From the NCBI RefSeq assembly GCF_006345805.1, contig NC_042998.1:71920001-71984000 (forward strand): DNA of 64,000 nucleotides, read 5' to 3'. Within the stretch, counting starts at the first letter, position 1, and each line of letters begins with the position of its first letter. The notes below the pieces were generated by a model. It was not told where the DNA came from, did no database searches, and saw only the letters and a list, made by a program, of their open reading frames with translations. The position numbers and the translations under genes are program-made. Of the stretch, positions 25,560 to 38,143 are shown piece by piece. The stretch comes from Octopus sinensis. Its lineage: Eukaryota.

Positions 25560-26010
25560 TAGTGGCTTTGGTGATGATGATGATGATGAGGAGGAGGCGG
25601 AGGAGGAGGATGGCGGGATTGTTGGTAATCGTTGTGGTGGTGGTGGCAATGAGGAGAAAGGTAGACATGCGGATGATAATGCCAGAAATGTTTCGGATGA
25701 TATTCTCGACGATTTTTCAGTATCAGCGTGATAATAATGATAATGAAGATGATTGCTATTGTGCTGTCAGTGGTGTTAAATAAAATACTGCTGCTGATGT
25801 TGATGATACAATGCAGATGATATGAAAACGAAAGTGATGATGATGAGGGGAAGGATGAAGAAGTAGATGGAGGAGCGGAGGGAGGGTGAAGGAGCAGCAA
25901 CACGAAAATAACAGTGGCTGCTGTTGTCACTGTTACTACCGCTGTTGATCATGATATTAGTGGTTGAAGTTTTGGCAGTGAAAACAACGCTGATAATGAC
26001 AGAAGAGGGA
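25560..26010. repeat. Degenerate GAT/GAG/GTG trinucleotide low-complexity region
   Basis: Directly visible. Confidence 0.8.
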
Positions 26011-26915
26011 CGAAGGAAATTATTCTTGGTATTTGCCTTTTGCTGTTTACATGTTTCTTTCCGTATTTTGAATATTTGCTTATCTACTGCAAAGTTAATA
26101 ACGTTAGCTAGATATTGCGAATCATCAAACTTAAGAAGTGAAGAAAAATAACAAAAAACAACTGCGTGAAACCAACGAATATTACCAAAACGTACAGTAC
26201 TTTTTATTAGTCCTTTTTAAATAGTATTGTTGTAGTATTTGTTGTTGTTTCTGATTTTGTTGTCTCTCCTGTTGGTCTACTTTAGTAGGCATAAGACATT
26301 CAATGCTTTAATAAGTGCCAAACATATGTCAGCTAACAACGATCATAACAAATGAAAAGGAATTACAAACTACATCAATATCAACAACTAGATAAAAAAC
26401 GAAACCAAACGCAATAAAAACGACAATATCAAAAACAACTATAGTTGGTAGATTATGAGAAAAAATATGAATATATTTTATACATGAAATGTGGACAGCT
26501 TTCTAAATATTTATTTTGATAGAAAAATAGACTATATTTGCTGTAACGTTCAAGTATTTGACTCTCCTTTCCAAACATTTGTGCAACAAATGAAGTATGC
26601 TTCAGCTTACTTCTGTTGATATTATATGAAGTTAGGGAATGATGTCGATATATTATTGTATACAGAACGAAGCAAGAATATTTTCGCATTTCATACAATA
26701 AAATTGGTATGTTTTTTCACATGGGTACAGTACACCACAAGTAAATTTGAGGTGAGGAGGACAGCCAGTATCATCAAAACCAATACTTGGATAATATTAT
26801 ATGTTATTGATCACAATGTGAACTTCTATTGGGTTTGAACGTGGGATGAAAAGTATTGCAATAAATTTGTCAAGTTAATTTGTTCAGAACTCCCGAGATT
26901 CTCCAGCAATGATGT

Positions 26916-26948
<33 letters not shown>

Positions 26949-27059
26949 GAATGATAATAAAGATAATGATAATAGTGATAATAATGATTATATTAACAAT
27001 GGTAATACTAACCATAATTGCAACAACACCCACAACAGCGACAATAATAAAGATCTTTT

Positions 27060-27630
27060 CTACTACAGGCACAAGACCCGAAATTTTGTGATCTCAGTAT
27101 TTGACTAGCACTTATTTCATCGAATCTCAAATGATGAAACAAACACGAAATCGACCGCGGCGGGATTGAAACCCCAGAATGCAAAGGTGGATGAAATTCC
27201 GCAGAGTGTTTTTCCCGACGTACTAACGATTCTTTCAGAATTAATACCACCGCCAAAACAAAATAAAAAAAAGGAAACAATTGAGATACAAGGAGCTAAC
27301 CAGACAGCTGAGGAGAATGAGGAAGACGAAGACAACAACTATTCCCGTAGCAATAAGTGTACAATAGACACAATACCAAAAATGGTGCATAAAAGCCTGA
27401 AAAGCCTGACAGAAATTGGAAACGCACTGGCATTGGCGATCTGCTGATATGTAGCATCCTATATTCTGCAAGAACCCTAACAATGAATGTGGGGATTTGA
27501 AGAGAATTGTCCCAAAATCTCAAAATAGAATACCTAATTAAATTTGCCTGCAATATTTACATTATTTACCTTATTTACAATTAGCGCACTTAACCCCAAG
27601 AACCGATTCGATTCCAGGTAGTGATCTGAA
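27060..27630 (+). mobile_element. RLE-type (R4/Dong-like) LINE 3' fragment
   Basis: Frame reads ...KKRKQLRYKELTRQLRRMRKTKTTTIPVAISV..., then TIPKMVHKSLKSL, matching the KYxDL...TTTIPVVIGALG tail of restriction-like endonuclease domains. An (AAT)n tract follows directly. Confidence 0.6.
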
Positions 27631-27712
27631 TAATGATAATGATAATAGTAATGATAATAATAATAATAATGATGATAATAATAATAATAATAATAATAAC
27701 AACAACAACAGC

Positions 27713-27756
<44 letters not shown>

Positions 27757-27775
27757 CAACAACAACAACAACAGC

Positions 27776-27843
<68 letters not shown>

Positions 27844-27849
27844 TAATAA
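27630..27849. repeat. (AAT)n/(AAC)n microsatellite
   Basis: Directly visible. Confidence 0.95.
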
Positions 27850-28575
27850 TCGGGGACGTTTCACATGTGAGAGCAAGAAAACACCGGGGACGTTTAGAGA
27901 GCGATAAAACATTACTCCAAAATCTATCCAAAATCAGCGGGAATAAGGACAGTGCATGGAGCAAAAACAGCTGACAATGGGTTGCATTATATCCGAGTAA
28001 GTAATACACATTGAAATTTATTTTTATTTTCCAAGTGAAATGATGTATTTTAACTTGATATCATCTCCGCTGCTGGCACAGCACATGAAAACACGCTCGA
28101 CACATTACGATTGATCAAAACAAGACAATGTACAAAACAACAAGTACAAAAACACCATGTACAAAGTAATTACAAATAAATTTAATAATACCGGTATTAT
28201 TCAACCCAAGAATAACAATCGGGGAGTACGTACTTTAAACTTGTTAAACAAAAAGTACGAAAAACTACACGTGCGAAGCAATTTAACACCAGAAATGAAC
28301 GGACCGGTACCCTACGAAAATGATGACAGTCGAAATAACGGGCTGGACGTTGTTCCTCATGTCCTGGAATTAAAACCCAAAAAGCGTAAATGAATACGTG
28401 AGGAATATATCTCAATCTTACACTCTTATTTTACAGCATTGCTCTACCCAAAACCCGAAAGCTCCACAACATATGCATATAAAATCTGGAAGTAAAATAA
28501 CCTAAATAAACACTTGGATACAGCAATAAACCCTAAAAGACTAGCTAACATACGAAGATATATACTGAAAGCAAA
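27850..28575 (+). mobile_element. RLE-type LINE 5' region/N-terminal fragment
   Basis: KRK*IREEYISILHSYFTALLYPKPESSTTYAYKIWK...KRLANIRRYILK resembles the N-terminal RxKWTREEY...KLAxxRR block of R4/Dong-like ORFs (from recall). Confidence 0.5.
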
Positions 28576-28592
28576 TATATATATATATATAT

Positions 28593-28652
28593 GATTGATT
28601 GATTGATTCTAGTTTCAGCTCATGAGCTGTGGCCATGCTGGGGCACCGCCAT
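28593..28652 (-). mobile_element. 60-bp 3' tail of the CR1-type LINE family seen at 9040-12181
   Basis: The reverse complement, ATGGCGGTGCCCCAGCATGGCCACAGCTCATGAGCTGAAACTAGAATCAATC, is 1 mismatch from 12110-12160 outside the repeat tail. Confidence 0.9.
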
Positions 28653-28799
28653 TATATATATCAGAACTAGAACATTTAAAAGGAAAAATACATCAAGAAA
28701 ATGTAGATAATGATCACTGAGTAATGTCAAATAATATAAGCACTGGGATATTGCTTATAACACGAAGACAGACGTAATATTTCCAACAAAAGCTAAGTA

Positions 28800-29000
28800 A
28801 ACAACAAAAGATAACAAAGTATTTCGTAAGTTTCTGTAGCGTTTTTGCACAGTTTAACACAGCACTTTATTGCATTGCGATCTTCCAAATTGTGTTCATC
28901 TCTCAACTGCATTCTCAAAACTAGACAGCTATGACAAGCAATTTTTACTTGGATGCGTTCTCCTTCAATGTGGAATAAAACACTTTGGTAAGAAAGCTCA
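28800..29000 (-). mobile_element. Mariner 5' fragment
   Basis: LEDRNAIKCCVKLCKNATETYEIL resembles the mariner N-terminal EQRxAIKFCVKLGKxATET. Confidence 0.55.
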
Positions 29001-29099
29001 TTAGATGTACGGTAATGATAAAATAAACATACAGTGATGTTGGGAAGTTCTAACCTCCCACTCTAAATAAATATCAAAACTTCTAGAGTACACCCCATT

Positions 29100-29900
29100 A
29101 AAGATATTTTCTCTCGACGTAAACTGGAGCGACATACCTGACGCTGGTTCACCGTGTAGGCATCCTAACTGACCGGGCATCGGATAGCCACCTTGCCGGC
29201 GATTGCACAACCTAGAATTGTAGGTCCCATAAGGTTTGCACAGCACCTCACAGACACTCACCACCCTTCCGACATGATGCAGAGACACGCCGGGACAAGA
29301 TACCCACTGCTAATATGGGTCGCAGTCTCAGGAATATGGAAGGGACATGATCTCATGCGCATGCAAAAAATCCTCAAAATATACTATGCTATTCTTTACC
29401 TATCTTTATATCTGAGCGTCCTTGTTAAGATATACTTTAGCAAAAGCAACAGAGGGATTACATGCGTATATATAACGGAACGGAATGGAGATTTTAATTT
29501 TCAGCAGATACTTTACGAACACTCTGATACTACTCCCACTTAGCTAATCATATCGAATGATACGAAACAATCGTTTAGAATAAACCATTAAAATTTAGAC
29601 CCATCTATTAGTAAATCCTGAGTTCTCTTCAATGGATTTCATGTAGAATACAGAGTATATGATCAAGATAGAATAATGAAGATTGAAGAATTTCTTTAAT
29701 AAAAGTATTTTCTTCATATTACATTCCTTCACATGTTTCTGTTGCATAAGTGTCTTAGTGTCCATTGATACTGTACTTGTGCGCATTTAATCGATTTATA
29801 TTAAATCAATTGTTGTACATATTGAAATCTAAAGGTCGACATTCCTTTACAACTTTATTGAAGCTGTTTTTCAAGCGGGAGGCTGAATCAGATTAATCAT
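29100..29900. mobile_element. Very degenerate PLE-like remnants (+ at about 29100-29600, - at about 29600-29900)
   Basis: AQHLTDTHHPSDM (+) and CTTIDLI / LNAHKYSING (-) resemble GIY-YIG flanking motifs; weak support. Confidence 0.3.
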
Positions 29901-30212
29901 TCCAGGTTTATATATAAGTTACTGAAATATGATTTTGTTGATGGTATATAAAAGATTAGGAAAAAAGACACTAAATAGAGTAGTGAAATATACATCGTAG
30001 TTCTAGGCACGACGCTGTTTTTACAATATATAGATCTGCTAGTGCTATCTTGGAAAGGTCGCGAACATCTTTTCAGATTGTTTAAGGTCTAGCACATTCT
30101 ATTTTCAGTCCGAAAGAACATAGTAAATTTAATTTTCTAGATACTAATCTACATGTATATATGTGACTATACCAACTACACCACAAACTTAATCATCACT
30201 TTAGATACATAA

Positions 30213-30461
30213 GTGAAAATTGAAATCATCTTAAAAATATTAATTAAAAACATCTCACTTCATTTATCACGGTTCCCTGTAAATAAGGAATTGTTGAAAA
30301 ATAAAGAAAAATATTTCAAGCATACTCTAGCGGAAACTGGATATAAGGGTAAACATATTTCTATTCATAAAGATAGAATTAAAGAACCTAGTTATAAAAT
30401 TAATATCATTAAACCAAGAAATATTGATAATGAGAACCTTAACAATGAAAAAGAAAAATGA
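30213..30461 (+). mobile_element. PLE RT C-terminal fragment
   Basis: KNISLHLSRFPVNKELLKNKEKYFKHTLAETGYK matches the PLE IxxRLSxxSSNxxxF...ALxxSGY block. Confidence 0.55.
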
Positions 30462-32307
30462 AGACCTAACAGAAAAAAAAATCTAGCGATATGAATAGTA
30501 ACAAAAGGACGATGATAATATAACTTAAAGTAAACCCCACAATAAATGTACTGATAGATATTATAAGGAAATATAAGAAAACACAGCGTAAGATAACGAA
30601 CATAATAACTATTCTACCAAATGCATAGCTAGATCTAGACTTATTACTTTGCTATAATGTCGACTATAAATTCGCTAATAATTTCTCACGTATGCAGCGT
30701 CGGTCCATAGAGGATCGTTAATTAATAGGAGACTTTGGAACTTAATTAGTTCAGGGAATAAATAATTATAATTCATTAAAGCATTTCTAACCAATTTTGT
30801 AATTTTCTGCTTAATAGTAGCTGGGAAGACTTACTTGCTGTTGTTAAACCCCAAGTGAGCCCTAAACGAGCTGAATTACGTTTCAGCTGTTATCATCACG
30901 TAGTTTCTACAGATATATTTATTTAGGTCAACATTTTCAACATGTTCTTTCGGATTTGCAAATTGCTATAATATGAGGGAGACATTGCTGTTATTTAGAG
31001 TCGATCAATGCTTAACGTATAGGCTACATAAATCGATCGAGCACATAAGTATGTATTAAAATTCGATTTTGCAGCGTCAACAAGACGGGAAAAGAGAGGG
31101 TATTTGAAGATAGACATATAAATATATCAACGTTAGAGATTTGTAGTTTGTCATTTAATCATTTCGACAGAATCTATCATTCAATTCAATATATAACATA
31201 GGTAGAAAGTTAATATCAATCACGATAAAAAGTTTTTCTAAAATTGTTGACAGCAATTTGTTTAGTTGTTAGGTAACCATCTTGGAAATTCTTGACGAAC
31301 AAGAAAGGTATTAGCTATACGTTTATTTGAAAGAACACGTCACTGAAGTCTGGCAATTAGATTCGCTGATTGCATAGCACTATTGATGGTCAACATCATG
31401 ATATCTCAGAGGTGCTATGTCGAAATGTTGAAATGGATATAAATTGAATTAATTGGATTGTTTCTGCTGGTGTCTTTCTTCTTATTAACCTAGAATTCTC
31501 AGTTCACCTCCTCAAATCCATCAACGATATTTCCAAAGGAAACAGAAATTGCGTACCCTGCTTAGCAACATTAATCTTGTGTGTCTTAAAGGGATATTGA
31601 TACTATGAACGCATAATCATGGATCAAAAGTCTCTTAACCACTACATATCACAACCGTCGAAAACAACATTGATTTGATATTTAGAATTACAGTTTTATT
31701 TGGAAACCAGAATGAATGCATCAACAAGACACGAAAGAAAGCAAATTGGATTTTGAATCTCTCAAATTTCTAATATCAAAATATTTCAGTTTTTTTCTAA
31801 TAACCGTACATGTAGCTGTGGGTGAAAAACAAGCAATTACGAATTCAGATAACAATTAACAAATGGATTTATAAAAGTATATACCGTCTCTAATATAAAA
31901 TATAGGCTGAACTTATCCATATCAAAATATCATGCGACAAAATAAAGCAGAACATACTCATTTTGGGGAATATATTACAGGATCTTTTGACATACAACAA
32001 CCTAGATATACTATTGCCAACAGAATTTTAGAGAACATATTTACGCAGTTGGAAAGCGATCAAAGAATAAATTATCCGAGGTCAGTGAGGACGGGTTATC
32101 GGCCTTAGGCCAGTTGTTGTGGGCCAAAAGAAGGTGATCAGGGAATTTTCCCCTTGTGCTGCTTTTAGATAGTAAGGGCCCTCCCATATCTAATTGGAAA
32201 ACAGGCATACCATGCTTGCAGCAGGTAGCATTTGAAATGGCTGCAAGGACAGTAAATTTCCTGGCGAGTGTTCAATGATTCAGGTTTCAGGGAGTCTTAT
32301 ATATGTG

Positions 32308-32351
<44 letters not shown>

Positions 32352-32358
<7 letters not shown>

Positions 32359-33232
32359 AAGGAACGGCCATAATAGGCCATTCACCCACTAGAAATAACA
32401 GCCAAAGCTTCAACCGCAAAATAACATCAATTCCGCAAACCAGGAGAAAATTAAAAAAACATTTACCCTGTAATTTCTTATACGATGCACCGTTTCATCT
32501 ATTGTTTAATGGTAAACTAACCTGATTAAATTAAATCAAGCCAATCTTCCATAGGCCGATAGATTCGTCAGTAAGAAACAGCCAGATCCGAGCAGATATT
32601 ATCACGAGGCACCTCTATCCCTGCCTCGGCAATATCTGACCTAAAATTTTCAATCATCGCACTCGCGCCAAATTTATCGGCAGCAAATATAAGCCGCCGA
32701 TTCCATTACGGAATTAACCAGAAAATTCATAATTAATCAATATAGGGTGGCAAAAAATTTCGTAGAATTTATTTGCCACCAGCGGCCTAGTGGGAAAAAA
32801 TTAAATAGTCATAGACCATTTATAAGTTCAGCATCACAATCAAGGAATGGCCATAATAGGCCATTCACCCACTAGAAATAACAGCCAAAGCTTCAACCGC
32901 AAAATAACATCAATTCCGCAAACCAGGAGAAAATTAAAAAAACATTTACCCTGTAATTTCTTATACGATGCACCGTTTCATCTATTGTTTAATGGTAAAC
33001 TAACCTGATTAAATTAAATCAAGCCAATCTTCCATAGGCCGATAGATTAATTTAATCAGGTTAGTTTACCATTAAACAATAGATGAAACGGTGCATCGTA
33101 TAAGAAATTACAGGGTAAATGTTTTTTTAATTTTCTCCTGGTTTGCGGAATTGATGTTATTTTGCGGTTGAAGCTTTGGCTGTTATTTCTAGTGGGTGAA
33201 TGGCCTATTATGGCCATTCCTTGATTGTGATG
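32352..33232 (-). mobile_element. Hammerhead-containing 483-bp tandem unit (about 1.44 copies) with an inverted 186-bp copy
   Basis: 32352-32565 repeats at offset 483. 33047-33232 is the reverse complement of 32832-33017. Homologous to 15206-15785. Confidence 0.85.
32474..32578 (-). ncRNA. Type I hammerhead ribozyme
   Basis: Minus strand: UUUCUUA-CUGACGA-AUCUAU...AUAGAU-GAAA-CGG UGCA UCG-UA/UAAGAAA. Helix I 7 bp, helix II 6 bp, palindromic UGCA loop III; predicted cleavage between 32481 and 32480. Confidence 0.88.
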
Positions 33233-33310
33233 ATATATATATATAATATATATATATAATATATATAATATATATATATATATATAATATATATACATAT
33301 AATATATATA

Positions 33311-33395
<85 letters not shown>

Positions 33396-33397
<2 letters not shown>

Positions 33398-33614
33398 GCG
33401 AGCTGGCAGAAACGTTAGCATGCCGGGCGAAATGCGTAGCCGTATTTCGTCTGCCGTTACGTTCTGAGTTCAAATTCAACCAAGGTCGACGTTACCTTTC
33501 ATCCTTTCGGAGTCGATAAATTAAGTACCAGTTACGCACTGGGGTTGATGTAATCGACTTAATCCGTTTGTCTGTCCTTGTTTGTCCCCTCTATGTTTAG
33601 CCCCTTGTGGGTAG

Positions 33615-33616
<2 letters not shown>
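33396..33616 (+). mobile_element. tRNA-derived SINE (cephalopod type), full length
   Basis: GGCGAGCTGGCAGAAACGTTAGC (A-box-like), GAGTTCAAATTC (B-box-like); same family as 53335-53920. Confidence 0.9.
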
Positions 33617-33661
<45 letters not shown>

Positions 33662-33749
33662 GTATAAATGTATGTATATTTTGTTATCAAAGTTGCAAAA
33701 ATACCATAAAAACTGACTCAGAGTCACGCCTTGCCGTTCATCGGATGGT

Positions 33750-35560
33750 TGTTATACCCACCACTACGCTAGCCTCTATATTCCTACTCAATGCGCAATG
33801 TGTCTGTCGCTCTATCAATGCACGAACATGGAAAATCCTATTCGTTGAAGATTGGGTTGGTAACCCTCCATACCACATCCCTTTCTTCATTCTTACCGAG
33901 AGCCACCTTGACAAAGCCCACTTGGAAGCCGAAGTGAAAGTGAGGAATTTCACAACTATCCGCGCAGATCTAGTGATCAGAAGGAAGGGTGGATCTGCCA
34001 TCTTCCTGCATGATTCTTTTTCGTCAGATGGAAATATGAGATTTTCCAATGCTACTGTGAATCGGTCAGTGTTCACAACAAAACCATTGAACTGATACTT
34101 GTTGGGCTGTATAAGCCACCTCAAACATCTGTACTGCGCTGTAAAATATGCTTCAACAGCATTAAGTGCTTTATTCAACAGTGCCATTCTAATAACATAA
34201 TTATGATGGGAGATTTTAATTGACCCTATGTTGCTTGGTCTACAAACTGCTTGAAACAGGGCGCTCCCACCTCAACTGCTGACAGAGAAAGAGTAGAATC
34301 ACTTCTTGACTTTGTGAATGAGTTTTACTTGTCCCAGGTTGTCGTCGCACCAACAAGATATCTGAACATTTTAGACTTTGTGTTTATTACCCACACTAAC
34401 ACTATGCATAATGTTAAGACATGATTCTCTGTTACCTCAGATTCCACCAGCCGAAACCTAACCCTAGTGCCCTCTCTCCAGCCATCCCATTTGATAACAT
34501 GGATCTCTATAATGTCGGCTGGGACGCAATCATGAATGAGCTATCACATGTTTACCGGTCTTTCACATATGCACACACCTCGTCCAGCATTAAAATATCT
34601 TGGCAGATATGTGCAAAACACACCCCACCAAGACCCGTGAACAAAACTAAGTGTAGGATTTCCCAAAAGAGAAAAAAACTATTATCAGAAAAATAAGGAA
34701 ACACAAAAAATTAAGAAACTTCCAAAAGCCACACATATATTCAACGGCTATCGCCCTGCTTGAATAAAATCAAACTCAACCACAAAGTGACCTCTTTTGC
34801 GAGAAAAAAAAACACAAGGTCACTGTCTCCACTCTTTGTCTTCTAATTGATGGAAATGGCACTCTCCAAGATAATATCAAATCCATGAGTGAGATACTGC
34901 AGAAAGAGTGCTGGTCTGTTTTCAGCAAACCAGATATGACGCGTCTAGACTGTTTCAATTATGTTAATCGTCAACACACTCTATCGGAGATACTGTTTGG
35001 CACACGTCTTAGCAGCAAGAAACGAAATTATACAATTCAGCAGTAGGCCCTGATAGGTTCCCTGCTTGTGTCTTGAAGGTGTGTCGTAACCAAATTGCAT
35101 CTCTTCTTGCTAATCTATAGAGGAACTCGCTGGATGCTGGCTATATTCCTGAAAACGTTCTATTTCAGTCTATTGTCCCGGTTTTGAAAACGGGAATCAA
35201 GTACCTTGCAGTGAACTACCGCCTGATCTCACTCACCTCTCATATCATCAATGCATTTCAGAGATTGGCGAGATCACGAATAACCCATTTTCTTGAAAGC
35301 AACAGACTGCTATTACGGAACCTATTTGTTTCTTAGTGGACTTGCTTTGCCCGAACTTCTTGGGTCAGGGGAGGGACCAGGAAGCCTTTTTTATACTGTG
35401 TCTCTTGATCGCTTTGTCATAACAGTAGATTCAGTATTGTCACATGTCACATGGGTTCCGTAATAGAAGGAAGAGACTAGCACATCATTTTCTTTTGAGA
35501 GGGTTGGGAGAGGGCCGCAACACCGATGTCATCTACCTAGATTTCCGCAAGGTCTTGAAA
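33750..35560 (+). mobile_element. Degenerate CR1-type LINE (APE + partial RT, internal deletion)
   Basis: SINAR, LTESHL, GGSAIF, MGDFN, PTRYLNILD, VGPDRFPA, NYRLISLTSHI, VIYLDFRK; many stops. Confidence 0.8.
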
Positions 35561-35685
35561 AAAAAAACGCTAATGACTTTTTCCATTCCCGTGTGTTAAA
35601 CTAATACATCTGTTTGTTGTCCGCATCAACTGTCTTCGTTTTTGTTCTTTTTTAAGAATTCTCCCTATCATATATATGTGTGTGT

Positions 35686-35904
35686 ATATTACTCTTTACT
35701 CTTTTACTTGTTTCAGTCATTTGACTGCGGCCATGCTGGAGCACCGCCTTTAATCGAGCAACTCGATCCCGGGACTTATTCTTTTGTAAGCCCAGTACTT
35801 ATTCTATCGGTCTTTTTTTGCCGAACCGCTAAGTAACGGGGACATAAACACACCAGCATCGGTTGTCAAGCAATGCTAGGGGGACAAACACAGACACACA
35901 CACA

Positions 35905-35975
<71 letters not shown>

Positions 35976-36140
35976 TACGACGGGCTTCTTTCAGTTTCCG
36001 TCTACCAAATCCACTCACAAGGCATTGGTCGGCCCGGGGCTATAGCAGAAGACACTTGCCCAAGGTGCCACGCAGTGGGACTAAACCCGGAACCATGTGG
36101 TTGGTAAACAAGCTACATACCACACAGCCACTCCTACGCC
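35686..36140 (-). mobile_element. tRNA-derived SINE with internal microsatellite and LINE-like 3' tail
   Basis: Head GGCGTAGGAGTGGCTGTGTGG...GGTTCCGGGTTTAGTCCC; tail GGCGGTGCTCCAGCATGGCCGCAGTCAAATGACTGAAAC. Confidence 0.9.
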
Positions 36141-36161
36141 TATATATATATATATATATAC

Positions 36162-36201
<40 letters not shown>

Positions 36202-36203
36202 TG

Positions 36204-36247
<44 letters not shown>

Positions 36248-36503
36248 TAACAGATAACGCGTAGCAAGTTCAATAGAGACAATGTTGGAATATTAATATA
36301 CTAGCTGATCCGCTGAATAACACATATTCTTCGGGGAGTCATCTGGGAAGAACTATTATGTGATGTAGTACGCTGTGTACTGAAATCAGCAGCTGTGACT
36401 AGCATACATTGCATGGTACATGTTTTAAATATTTTAGACATGTGTTCATACTTATACACGTGATTTTGTATGTGTGTGTATACATGTACGAATACGTATC
36501 TAT

Positions 36504-36558
<55 letters not shown>

Positions 36559-36678
36559 GGGGGGGGAGAGAGAGAAAGAGAGATATTCATATATATATAT
36601 ATATGTGGATGAATTTTTTGTGTAATGAGATAAAAAAACCAAGACTGTATAGATATTAGAGCATTAATAGATAGAAGG

Positions 36679-36731
36679 TCTTACAGCTGTTTCTAGAATA
36701 TTAATTAATAATAATATCCCTTCATCGGAGA
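36679..36731 (-). ncRNA. Minimal type I hammerhead-like motif with CCGAUGA core variant
   Basis: Minus strand: UCU-CCGAUGA-A GGGAUAUU...AAUAUUCU A-GAAA-C AGCU G-UA/AGA. Palindromic AGCU loop; helix I only 3 bp; A/A at the base of helix II. Confidence 0.5.
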
Positions 36732-37506
36732 AGGTGTGAGAGGAAAAGTTAAGTTATAGTTAGTTTCGATGTGATATAAATAGAGAGTGAGGTGGAGGAA
36801 AGAAAATAGATGTAATATATGTATGGTTATTGAGTTCTTAAATCCGTTTTATAGACGTAATGGTATATATGTGTATTATTCCAATATCCTTTGAGTAAAA
36901 TCCAAAAGTCCAACAGAGTTTAATATGAGTCCATCCAAATGTAAAGTTTATAAGCATTGTAAGATTCTCTTAAAGTTGGTCCTTCTCAGTAGAGAATTTA
37001 TATAGAATGTAGCAGATTCAAGGTTTGTGGTTAAACTGACCTAGAAATAGGGAGTGTATCAGTTTGGTCAAATTGAAAACAGGAAGAGAGGAATGACAAA
37101 AGAAAAAAAGGAGATAAAAGGAGGAGAGAAAGAAAGAATTATAGAGAAAGAAGAAAAAAGATTAGTAAAAACAAAAATTAAGAATAAAACCCATGAAAGT
37201 ATGAATAAAGAGAATAATGAATGGAAAAAAGAAAAATTAAGATATAGGTTGGTCAGTGGTCAGTGGAGGTAGTTTGAAAGTAGGAGTGGGGATAGAGAGA
37301 GAAAGGTATTATAGTATAAATGATAGAGAAATGGGGGTATTAAGAGGTAGAGGAAGTACTAAGTGTTGTAGTAGCTTTTAATTGTGAGGCAAATATATGA
37401 AGAATTAAGAATTAAGTAAATAGTAGTGTTAATTATTCTGAGAAAGTATTTATGTTAAGATGTATATACATGTATATCAGATAAATTATAGAGATAAGGA
37501 AATAGA

Positions 37507-37537
<31 letters not shown>

Positions 37538-38102
37538 TAAAGAAGAAGCATAGAGAGTTGGTAAGTATATAAAATGAATCGATTAAGATACTGTCAGAGT
37601 TCAGTCCCAAATATAATTTCAAATTCAAAGATTGGAATAAATCCAAAGACTGGAATAACATAGCATTATGATTAATACTGGGTAGAATACTATCAGGGCT
37701 TGAATACAATAGAAATGGGTACATGTTGATGGAATATATTTTACCTATAGACTCAGAAAATTAAGAAATATATGTTCATTGTGTGCATGTGTATGATAAT
37801 AATTTTGAAAATGAAAATAAAAATATTGTGTAAGATTAAAACTAAAAAAAATCAAAACATATAATCATAAATATAATTTAATTATAATGAAAAAATAAAG
37901 CCCTTATCTGTGTAAATTTCTATTGGTTTACATAATCAATTTGCTACCTATGTATTTATCAGTGTAAAATCATATCGAAACAAATTGATTTGTTTATTTA
38001 AGTGTGTGTGTAGTTTAACGGATAGCCGTTAGAATACGTATTATTTATATATCTATACTATATACACGCTACTACTAACGCTTAGCTTCTGTATATGTGT
38101 TT

Positions 38103-38143
<41 letters not shown>

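Noticed and set aside
29530-29590. Hammerhead-like remnant (ctaatca tatc gaat gata cgaaac...)
   Set aside because: Two core positions are mutated and there is no convincing helix I; at most a dead copy.
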